DNA of 64,000 bases from an uncultured Alphaproteobacteria bacterium (GTDB taxonomy: Bacteria; Pseudomonadota; Alphaproteobacteria; Rhizobiales; Xanthobacteraceae): positions 85,728 through 149,727 of the forward strand of contig CAVWOV010000035.1 of the NCBI GenBank assembly GCA_963756715.1, in the 5' to 3' direction. Positions 38,811 through 48,149 of this stretch are shown piece after piece (position 1 is the first letter of the stretch; each line of letters starts with the position of its first letter). The notes beneath the pieces are model-generated. The model saw only the letters and a program-made list of their open reading frames with translations. It did no database searches and was not told where the DNA came from. The position numbers were made by a program, and so were the translations under genes.

Positions 38811-39600
38811 CCAGATGCATCGTCCAGTACGTACGCTGCGATAGTTCCGGCATCGGGCGGCCGATCGGGATCGTCGAGCTCAGCGTCATCACCGGTCACC
38901 GACAAGCTAAGTCGCATCGATCGTTGCTTCGGTCGGGCCGTAAAGATTATCGATGCTGCGCAATGCGGCATGCAGATTTGACAACTTCTTGCTGCAGCGA
39001 GATCGTGAAGAGCGCTTCGCCGCCCAGATGCAAGCTGATTAATCGCTACCTCAAAGTTGCGGGTCGCCGTAACGAAGAACGGACTGCAGATAGGACGGCA
39101 CGCAACTGACGAACGTCTTGATTCCGGTGTCGGATCGACGAGCTTGGCCGGAAGTCCGACGGCGCTTCGCGGACGCATCGGCGATCACGACCGTCGTGCC
39201 GCCGCCAACAAGCGGCCAGAAGCAACTGTTCGATCGAGGCGTCGAAAGCGAACGGATGATAAGCTGCAGCCCTGAATCGTCGCGATCAACTCGAAGTTCC
39301 TGCATCCAAGCGTAGACGATCTTGTTTGCGAGATTCGCATGCGTGACGGCGACGCCTTTGGGTTGGCCGGATCGATCCGGAGGTGTAGATGACGTAGGCG
39401 GTGGAGTGCGGATTCGATGCGGCCGGCGGTGCGGTGGTTGGCTGACGCGCGATGGCGGTGATCCAGCCGGTCAAGCAGGATCGACCGTCGGGCATCGTGG
39501 GTCGGGCAGCCTGTCGCGATCAGCGCGGCTGTGCGTCAGGAGCACTGGCGGCCGAGCATCGCGCCAGTCATGAAGGCGAGCCGCTCGGTTGGGATACTCC

Positions 39601-39980
39601 GGATCGAGCGGCAGGTATGCGGCGCCGGCCTTGAGGATACCGAGGAGGGCGATGACCATGTCGAAGGAGCGCTCGACGCAGAGCGCCACGATGGTCTCGG
39701 GTCCGGCGCCGAGGGAGCGCAGGTGGTGCGCAAGCTGGTTGGCGCGGGCGTCAAGCTCGCGGTAGCTGAGGCTTTCATCCTCGCAGGTGAGCGCGACCGC
39801 GTCCGGGGTGCGGGCGGCCTGCCGGGCGAACAGCGCCGGGATGGTGGCGGTGGGGATCGGGCGGGCGGTGTCGTTCCAGTCGGTCAGGATGGTGCGGCGC
39901 TCGGCGGGGGAGAGAATGTCGAGGCTGCCGATGGCGCGGGTAGGATCGTTGACGGCGGCCGTGAGCAGCCGGGTGAGGCG
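39601..39980. repeat. Second intragenic NRPS repeat, module 2 copy
   Basis: See 34657-35040. Confidence 0.85.
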
Positions 39981-40788
39981 GCCGGCCAGCATGGCGGCGG
40001 TCGCTTCGTCGAACAGGTCGGCGGCATATTCCAGCACGCCCGCGATGCCGGCCGGTGCGCCGTCAGGGGCGCGCTCCTCGGCGAGCGCAAACGACAGGTC
40101 GAACTTGGCGCTGGCGACCGGCACCTCCTCGAATGAGGTGCGCAGCCCCGGCAGCTCGAGGCTGACCCGGGCGTCGTTCTGGAACGCCAGCATTACCTGG
40201 AACAGCGGGTGATGCGACAGTGAGCGCGCCGGGTTGAGCACCTCCACCAAACGCTCAAATGGCAGCTCCTGGTGGCTGTAGGCCGCAAGGTTGCCGGCCC
40301 GCACCCGCGCCACCAGATCGCCGAAGCCCGGATTGCCCGAGGTGTCGGTGCGCAGCACCAACGTGTTGACGAAGAACCCCACCAGGCCGTCGAGCGCATG
40401 ATCGTGACGCCCCGCCACCGGGCTGCCGATCGGGATGTCGGTACCGGCCCCCAGCCGGCTCAGCAGCGCCGCCAGCCCGGCCTGCAGCACCATGAACAGG
40501 CTGGCGCCGTTCTGTCGCGCCAGCGCCAGCAGCTTGGCATGTAATCCGGCATCGAGCCGCAGCGGCACCCGGCCGCCCCGGTAGCTCGCGACCTCGGCCG
40601 CGGCCGGTCACTGGGAAGCGCAATCGCCTCCGGCAGGTCCGCCAGCGTCTGCGTCCAGTACGCCAGCTGGCGCGCGATGGCGCTTGCCGGATCGCTCTCC
40701 TCGCCCAGAACCTCGTGCTGCCACAGCGTGTAGTCGGCATACTGCACGGGCAGCGCCGGCAGCGCATCGGCCTCCGGCGCGACGCCGC

Positions 40789-40878
40789 CATCAAGCCGCG
40801 CCGCATCGGCGCGGGTGCGATCAAGCCGCGCCGGATCGGCGCGGGTGCCATCAAGCCGTGCCGCATAGGCCTGCGCGA
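40789..40878. repeat. In-frame 30-nt tandem repeat x3 inside condensation domain 2
   Basis: The unit (c/g)atcaagccgcgccgNatcggcgcgggtgc occurs at 40789, 40819 and 40849, encoding [30 protein letters not shown]. Confidence 0.9.
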
Positions 40879-40969
40879 GATCGCGCGCCAACGGCCCAAG
40901 CGAGGAGCCGTCGCCCGCGATGTGATGCAGCAGCAGCAGCAGCACGTGCTCGCGCCGATCGGGCGCGGG

Positions 40970-41125
40970 CTCACCGGACCTGCGCTCACCGGACCTGCGC
41001 CGGACCTGCGGTTGCCCGGCGCGCTCTCTCCTGACGCGCGCTCTCCTGACGCGCTATCCCCCGGCGCGCGGTCTCCCGATGCGCTTTCCGCCTGTGCGCC
41101 ATCTCCCCGTGCGCTCTCGCCCAGC
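40970..41125. repeat. In-frame 15-nt tandem repeats inside condensation domain 2
   Basis: ctcaccggacctgcg x2 plus a partial copy (40970-41010), then seven gcgcN11 units (41021-41125). Together they encode [47 protein letters not shown] just upstream of the HHxxxDG motif. Confidence 0.9.
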
Positions 41126-41520
41126 GCAAACAGATGCGCCCGCAGCGGCGGCTCACACGACAGGTCGAAGCCCCGCTGCTGCGGCGCTGCGCAAAGCGTC
41201 CGTCAGGCCGTCTGCGGCGATTGCCTCCACCCGCAGCTGCGGCCGCGCCGCACTCGCCGCCAGCACCTGCTGGCGCGGCACCCCCAGGGTGTCGGGGAAC
41301 ACCGTGCGCAGGCTCTCGTGCCGCGCCATCAGGTCGCCGAGCGCCAGCTCGAGCGCCGCAACGTCGAGATCGCCGGAGAGCCGCACCGCCAGCGGGATCG
41401 TGTAGGTCGCGCTCGGACCTTCCAGACGGTTGAGGAACCACAGCCGGCGCTGCGCAAACGACAGCGGCACTTCGGCGGGACGCCGCATCACCCGCAGCGG
41501 CGCGCGCGCCGCCGTTGCGT

Positions 41521-44500
41521 CCCCCAGCCGCCGCACCAAGGCCGCCACGGTCGGGGCCTCGAACAGGCTGCGGATCGCGATCTCGACATCGAGCGCGGCG
41601 CGGATGCGGCCGATCAGCCGGGTGGCCAGCAGCGAGTGTCCGCCAAGCTCGAAGAAGTTGTCGTCGATGCCGACCTGCGCGAGCCCCAGCGTCTCGGCAA
41701 ACAAACCGCACAGCACCTCCTCGTGCGGCGTGCGCGGCAGACGCCGCAGCGCCATGACGGGCGCCTCCGGCTCGGGCAGCGCCCGCCGGTCGAGCTTGCC
41801 GTTCGGCGTCAGCGGCAGCCGAGGGAGCACCACGAACGCCGCCGGCACCATGTAGTCCGGCAGGCTCGATGACAGGTGCGCGCGCAGCGCCGCCGCATCC
41901 GGCGCCGCCGCGCCGTCGGTTGCGACCACATACGCCACCAGCCGCTGCGAACCACTACCGCTCCCGCCTGCGGCGCCAGCGTCGTGGGCGTTATCGGATG
42001 TCTGACCGTCTTGCGAAGTGGGCCCGCCATCGCGCCGCGCCACCACGGCGGCCTGCGCCACGCCCTCATGCCGCTTGAGCGCCGCCTCGATCTCGCCCGG
42101 CTCGATGCGGAAGCCGCGCAGCTTCACCTGCGCGTCCGCCCGCCCCAGGAAGTCCAGCACCCCATCGGGCCGCCAGCGCGCCAGGTCGCCGGTGCGGTAC
42201 ATCCGGCTCCCCGCCGGACCAAACGGGTCGGCCACAAACCGCTCCGCCGTCAGACCCGAACGCCCCAGATAGCCCCGCGCCAGACCCGCACCCGCAACGT
42301 ACAATTCGCCGCTCACGCCAGGAGGAACGGGCTCCAAACCGCTGTCCAGGACATAGATTTGCAGATCGGGCAAGCCGCGACCAACAATGCTGCCGGTGCC
42401 CGCCGTTGTCGCCACGTGGTCGAGTGCGATGTGACTGACATGCACCGTCGTTTCGGTGATGCCGTACATGTTGACGAGCCGAGGAGTATCGTCCGGGTAG
42501 TGGCGGTACCATTCGCCAAGCCGTCTGAGCTCAAGCGCTTCACCGCCGAAAATCACATAGCGCAGAGCATGCTGTTTGCTTGAAATCGGAATCCGCCAGC
42601 GCCGCTTCCATCAATTGATAGAACGCGGACGGAGTCTGATTGAGGACCGTCACGCCTTCCCGAACGATCAGGCTCAGAAACTCGGTGGGCGTGCGGCTGG
42701 TGGCATACGGGACCACGACCAACCGGCCGCCATGCAGCAGGGCTCCCCAAATTTCCCATACCGAAAAGTCGAAGGCGAAGGAATGGAACAACGTCCAAAC
42801 ATCATCGGGGCCGAAGTGGAACAACTCTCTTGTCGTATCGAACAGACGAACGACATTGCGGTGCGTAACCGAGACGCCCTTCGGGTTTCCGGTCGAGCCC
42901 GAGGTGTAGATGACGTAGGCGGTGTTATGCGGCAGGAGCCTGTTCGGGGGTGAGAAGGTGGGCGCGCGCGAAATCAGCGCCTGGTCCACGTCGAAACGCA
43001 CGATCTGCATGCCCTCCGTTGGCAATCGATCGAGCAGCGTCGATTGGGTGACCAGCGTGACAACACCGGCATCGGCCAGCATGAAGGCAAGCCGCTCCGG
43101 TGGATAAGCCGGGTCGAGCGGAAGATAGGCGCCACCGGCCTTGAGAATACCGAGCAATCCAATGAGCATTTCGGGCGAGCGCTCGACGCACAGCCCCACG
43201 ATGGTTTCGGGCGCGACCCCCAGCGCCTGCAGATGATGGGCAAGCTGACTTGAGCGCTCGTCGAGCTCGCGATAGCTCAGGCTCACGCCCCCGAATACGA
43301 CCGCAATAGCGTCAGGTGATTGCGCAACCCGGCGAGCAAACAACTCAGGCAGCGTGGCCGCCGGGATTTCAAGGGCCGGCTCGACCGCAGCGGTCGCTTC
43401 ATTCCATGTATGCAGAATGGTCCGCCGCTCGCCGGCGGTAAGAATATCTAGGCTCGCGATGGTGCGGCCGGAATCCGCAAGCGCAGTCAGCAATCGCAGA
43501 AATCGCTGCTGGCGGTCCGCAACATCATCCGTGCTGTGAATTGCCGGATTGGCATCGAAATCGATCCGAAGCGGACCGCCGTCCAGCCGGTCGTAAACTT
43601 GGATCGACAAGTCCTCGACCGGCCCAAGCGAGAGGTTTTTCGCCTCCGCCCGATGGCCCGCGAAATCGAAAGCCATAGTCGAACCGCATGATATTGAGAT
43701 TGAGTCCGAACAGCGACCGAGCATCGTCGATGCCGCCAAGCTCCCGCCGTAGATCCGCAATCTGAAAACGTTGGTGTTCCAATCCGTCACGAATTTGCCG
43801 AGCGGCGCGACCGATTACCTCGGACACGGTCATGCGAGGTTGCACGGCGAGCCGCAATGGCAGCACGTTGGAAACCATTCCGGGAATGCGTCGTGCCGCG
43901 CCGCTGCGCGCGGCGACCGGCAGGCCGAAGGTCACATCTGTCGCGCCGGTGAGGCGATGCAGGAAGATTGCCGTGGCTGCGGCAATGAGATGCGGCAGGC
44001 TCGCTCCCGCATGGCGCGCGGTTAATTCGAGCTGGTCGGCGATGGACCTGGGCAGATAAACGGTGTGACGAATGAAGCCGCCGGACTTGCCGGTACGTTC
44101 GCCGCCCAGACTTACCTGGTCGGGCCGATCGGTCAGACGGTCGATCCAGTATTGCCGATCTTGTGCGAACTGCTCGGACGCGACATAAGCCGCATCCTCA
44201 TCGAGCAAATCGGCAAGGGTTCCGAATGCGCCGCCAAGGGCGGCCGGCCCAACGCTCAACCTGAGTGTAGATGTCCGCCAGGCGCCGGGCGACCAGCGCC
44301 ATTCCCAGCCCGTCCATCACGATGTGATGATAGCGTGCGTACCAGAAGAACCGGTCAGGCGACGCCCTGAACAAGGCATATGAGAACAGCGGTCCGTGCG
44401 TCGGATCGACCGGACGCGCCAGATCGGCCCTCATCCATGTTTCGGCCTCGGCGCGCGGGTCGGGCGCATCGCTGACGTCGATGAATGGCATCGACCACGC

Positions 44501-44788
44501 CGGCGCTTCGCCGACGACCTGCCGCGGGCCGTCCGGGTGCTCGACGATCCGGACACAAAGCGCCTCGGATTCGATGACGACCTGGTGTAATGCCTGCTCG
44601 AACAAGTCCGGGTCGATGGGCCCGTGAATCTCAATGTATTCGCCAATATTGTAGGCGGGACTCGATGGGTTAATCTGCTGAGCGAACCAGATTCCGATCT
44701 GGCCGGCGGAAAGCGGAAAACCAATGGGGTCGGAGATGTTACGGGTGACGTCGATTCTACTGTCACCGTCAGGCTTGATCGAAAACAC
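41521..44788 (-). other. NRPS module 1: N-terminal (starter-position) C domain, A domain (hand-read code DFWNIGMVHK = Thr), carrier domain
   Basis: C motif HHIVMDGLG. A motifs [60 protein letters not shown]. Carrier motif [11 protein letters not shown]. Approximate bounds: C 44788-43400, A 43355-41785, T 41734-41521. Frame breaks near 44255, 43680 and 42570. Confidence 0.8.
41541..42331. repeat. Intragenic NRPS repeat, copy in module 1
   Basis: See 33100-33890. Identity ends just upstream of the GELYVAGAG (A6) motif. Confidence 0.9.
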
Positions 44789-45480
44789 CTAAGACCTCAT
44801 TGAGCATGCCCCTGAGCTCGGTTGAAGCGGGCATAGTGTATGCGGTGTTTCGGTATGTGTTAACCGCAAAGTTGGTAGCGGGATGAAGGCGTTAGGATCA
44901 AGTATCGAAGTGGGCCGCCAAGCCCTCGCTGGCGCCGAACGGGAAATCCTCCGTGGCAACCCTAACGTCTTGCGGCGGCTCCAGCCAGAGACGTATCTTT
45001 GTGGCCTGTTGATGAATATCAATACCTTGCGCTTGTGGTTGTGTGCAGGAGGCTGGAGCGGACGATTCCGAGGGAATTTCTCTGCGTCCATATGGTCTGT
45101 TGCGCCAAGCGAATCGCCGGCCGCCAGCGCAGCGCAAACGCCAACCATCCAATAATACTTCATTTCTTCTTGTGGTCTATTCGCATCGACTTGCTTTGGC
45201 AGGGGTACGCACCGCGCGCCTACGGCATCGAAGGACTCGACCAGGGCCGCCTCGTCACGCGGAAATCGGGCGATTTTAGAATGATCCGTTCGCGTGATTC
45301 GGCGGACTATTGGGGGTTCTTTGTACGCGGCTTGCCCCACGTCTGTGGCGGCATGTGGTTTTCCGGTGCCACCACCACTTGGCGCGAGGCTTGTCTCGGT
45401 GACGATGTCGTGAATATTAGTTGAAGCGATATTCTTGCCTTCTCCTGCCCCCGATCATCCCCAAAGAGACAGCACGCTCT

Positions 45481-45572
45481 ATGAAGAACATGCCGATTTA
45501 CGAGGCGCTCGCGCAGGCGTTCGCGGCGGAGGGTGTCGACACCCATTTCACCCGATGGGGATGGAAATATGA
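45481..45572 (+). pseudogene. 5' fragment (about 30 codons) of a thiamine-diphosphate-dependent (acetolactate-synthase-like) enzyme gene
   Basis: MKNMPIYEALAQAFAAEGVDTHFT then, after a 1-nt shift, MGDGNM. This is the typical N-terminus of TPP enzymes, and similarity ends abruptly afterwards. Confidence 0.55.
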
Positions 45573-45780
45573 CAAGGCCGAACTCTGGAACACTCTCGTG
45601 TCGGATAAATGGTGAGCCCAAGCACGCGCCGCCCCGTGGGGCGCGGTCACGGCAAGATGTAGGACGGTCGCAGGCTGCCGCCAGCTTCGCGGTTTTCCCG
45701 TCACGCGGCTGTGAAACGATCGGCCTGGAAGAATGCGGCTGCGCGACTATGTGTAGGGCGGAGACGCCGGGGCTGCCGCC

Positions 45781-46689
45781 ATGTCCATTCGACCCGTCAA
45801 GCGGATCATCAAGTCGACGCCAACTCTGGAAGGTGCCGGGGTCAAGCTTCATCGCGCCTTCGGTTTCGGGGAGACCGCCGAATTCGATCCGTTCCTGCTG
45901 TTCGATGATTTCCGCAACGATCGTCCCGACGACTACCGCGCAGGATTTCCCTGGCACCCGCATCGTGGGATCGAGACCATCACCTATGTGCTCGCTGGAA
46001 CGGTGGAGCACGGCGACAGTCTTGGCAACAAGGGCCGCATGGGCGCCGGCGATGTGCAATGGATGACGGCCGGCAGCGGAATTCTCCACCAGGAGATGCC
46101 GAAAGGCGACGAGCGCGGAAGGATGCATGGCTTTCAGCTTTGGGCCAACCTGCCTGCGTCGCTGAAAATGACGGCACCGCGCTATCAAGACATTCCAGCG
46201 ATCGAAATTCCGGAAATCGTCGATGACGACGGCACCCGTGTGCGGGTGATCTGCGGCGATTTCTGGGGGAAACGTGGACCGGTCGATGGGACCGCGGCGG
46301 AGCCGCGTTATCTCGACATTTCCGTCCCGGCCGGCCGGCGTAAGACCTTGCCGGTGGAGACTGGCCGGCACGCATTCGCTTACGTGTTCGAGGGATCAGG
46401 TACGTTTGCCGACGCGTCGCAGCCGTTCGGCGTTCTGACCGAAAAGGCGAGCGCAGCGGGAGACGTTCTGATCCGCGAGCGGGCCGGCAACCGGTCATTG
46501 GTCCTGTTCGACCGCGGCGACGAAGTTACCGTGCAGGCGGGCGACGATGGCATCCGGTTTCTGCTGGTATCCGGCAAACCGATCGAGGAACCCGTGGCGT
46601 GGTACGGACCGATCGTGATGAACACAAACGATCAGCTTCAGCAGGCGGTTGCCGAATTGCGCAACGGCACCTTCATCAAGCACGGCTGA
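45781..46689 (+). CDS. Pirin-family protein
   Basis: ..FPWHPHRGIETITYVLAGTVEHGDS..GDVQWMTAGSGILHQEMP.. bicupin pirin signature; 302 aa. Confidence 0.9.
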   Translation: MSIRPVKRIIKSTPTLEGAGVKLHRAFGFGETAEFDPFLLFDDFRNDRPDDYRAGFPWHPHRGIETITYVLAGTVEHGDSLGNKGRMGAGDVQWMTAGSGILHQEMPKGDERGRMHGFQLWANLPASLKMTAPRYQDIPAIEIPEIVDDDGTRVRVICGDFWGKRGPVDGTAAEPRYLDISVPAGRRKTLPVETGRHAFAYVFEGSGTFADASQPFGVLTEKASAAGDVLIRERAGNRSLVLFDRGDEVTVQAGDDGIRFLLVSGKPIEEPVAWYGPIVMNTNDQLQQAVAELRNGTFIKHG

Positions 46690-46721
46690 CCGCCGCCCAA
46701 ATCCTGTGACGCAAATGGCTG

Positions 46722-47810
46722 TCAGGCCATCACGCTGTCCGGTTCGCGTGCGGGTATGAGGTGCCGAAGCTTCGGCGCGACGTGTTCCATGAACAGCTTC
46801 AGCGAGCGCGTGCGCTTTTCCCGCGTCGCCCAGTCCTTGCCGGTGACGAGCAGCAGCGTGCCGAAACCACCTGAGGCTTCGTAGAATTCCTGGAGCTGGC
46901 GAGCGACCTCGTCCGGATCTCCGAGATAGTAGACGCCCGCATCGGCGAGTTGGTCGAACGAAGCATCGTCGCCCTCGAACTGCCAATTGTAGTTCGACTT
47001 GAGGATCCTGATGAGGCCGCGCTCGGTCTGAAATCCCAGTTCGTAGGTGATTGCGGGACGTAGATCGTCCATCGCCTCGCGGCGGGAATCGGCGAGGTAG
47101 ACATAGCGGGCGACCGTGATGTTGCTGAGCGGCGACTTATGGCCGGCCGCGTTCGCGGCGCTTGCGTAGCGATCTGCCTTCTTCCGGATGAATGGCGCGG
47201 GTTCAAGCTGCGCCGAGAGCAGCGTGTAGCCCCGCGCTCCGGCGAGGTCGATCATGTCGCCGGTGTCGGTCGCAGTCGCCATCGGCATATGCGGCTGATG
47301 CAGCGGCCGGGGCGTGGCGACGATATTCTTGCCACGCCAGTACTTGCCGTCCCAATCGAAGGGCTCTTCCGAGGTCCAGCATTTCAGGATGAAGTCGAGC
47401 GATTCGCGCAGCCGCGGGCGACGGTCTTCATGGGATAGGCCGCGTTCGCTCGCGAACAGGGGATTGGGGAATCCCGAGCCGAAGCCGAAGATGAAGCGGC
47501 CACTGCCCATCACGTGATCGGTGACCGCTGCCTGGATGGCGGTGTCGACGGGATGCGCCAAGTGGATCAGCTTGACGGCGGCACCCATCCGGATCTGCTT
47601 GGTCAGGGCGGAGGCCTTGCACATCAGGAGCTCGGGGACCGGCAACGTGTCCACTTTATTGATGTAGACCGGTTCGCCATGATGCTCGCTGATATAGGCG
47701 TCACGGAAACCGAGCTGATCTGCGAGAATGATCTCCTGCAAGTCCTCTTCGTAGGTCTGAGATGCGGTGGTGTGAGGGCGAAAGCCGTTCGAGAAGATGC
47801 CGAATTCCAT
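46722..47810 (-). CDS. LLM-class (luciferase-like) flavin-dependent oxidoreductase
   Basis: MEFGIFSNGFRPH..AYISEHHGEP..RFIFGFGSGF.. is typical LLM family; 362 aa. Confidence 0.85.
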   Translation of the reverse strand: MEFGIFSNGFRPHTTASQTYEEDLQEIILADQLGFRDAYISEHHGEPVYINKVDTLPVPELLMCKASALTKQIRMGAAVKLIHLAHPVDTAIQAAVTDHVMGSGRFIFGFGSGFPNPLFASERGLSHEDRRPRLRESLDFILKCWTSEEPFDWDGKYWRGKNIVATPRPLHQPHMPMATATDTGDMIDLAGARGYTLLSAQLEPAPFIRKKADRYASAANAAGHKSPLSNITVARYVYLADSRREAMDDLRPAITYELGFQTERGLIRILKSNYNWQFEGDDASFDQLADAGVYYLGDPDEVARQLQEFYEASGGFGTLLLVTGKDWATREKRTRSLKLFMEHVAPKLRHLIPAREPDSVMA

Positions 47811-48149
47811 TGATAATGCAGCCTTGGTTCCCGACGCGGGTGGCGCGGATTAGTTTCAATTCGACCGGCAGCAGTGATTAAACGAACTTTCGCGATGCGG
47901 TCAATTGGTGCGGCCGCATGCGTGCGTTGCGGCTCCGAAGGCGCGGTAACTCAACCGGGGAATTGCCTCAGTGTGGCGTCGCGCAGCGAGGCGCGTGAGA
48001 TGCGGGAGAACCTCGTCGCAAAAGCATGGCAATTCGGGACAGGTGACGACGGACAACCCGGTTCGCCGGACGCAGGGATGGCGATGCAATCGCGCACCCC
48101 TGGACATCACGGTTGCCGCCGTTCCTTCACCTTGTCACGAGCGCGGTTG

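Larger units (their letters stand above)
36370..41473 (-). other. NRPS module 2: C, degenerate A, carrier (GGDSI type), epimerisation domain
   Basis: C: [24 protein letters not shown]: LSYRELD, YTSGS then a frameshift, [38 protein letters not shown]: FFALGGDSIMS. E: HHLAVDGVSW..EGHGRE. Approximate bounds: C 41473-39900, A 39842-38285, T 38234-38021, E 37985-36370. Confidence 0.8.
32244..44788 (-). pseudogene. Trimodular non-ribosomal peptide synthetase (C-A-T / C-A-T-E / C-A-T-TE, about 4,170 codons) whose frame is interrupted about 20 times: pseudogene or indel-ridden assembly
   Basis: A chain of overlapping minus-strand ORF fragments carries ordered NRPS core motifs that continue across each junction after 1-nt shifts (see module features). 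Starts at GTG 44788 and ends at TGA 32244-32246. Confidence 0.8.

Noticed and set aside
36871-41125. Tandem repeats as a CRISPR array.
   Set aside because: The units are contiguous with no spacers, are 15-30 nt long, in-frame and embedded in NRPS domains. No cas genes are present.
45620-45650. GC-rich palindrome gccccgtggggc as a terminator after the TPP-enzyme fragment.
   Set aside because: The stem is only 5 bp with a 2-nt loop, which is too weak to call.
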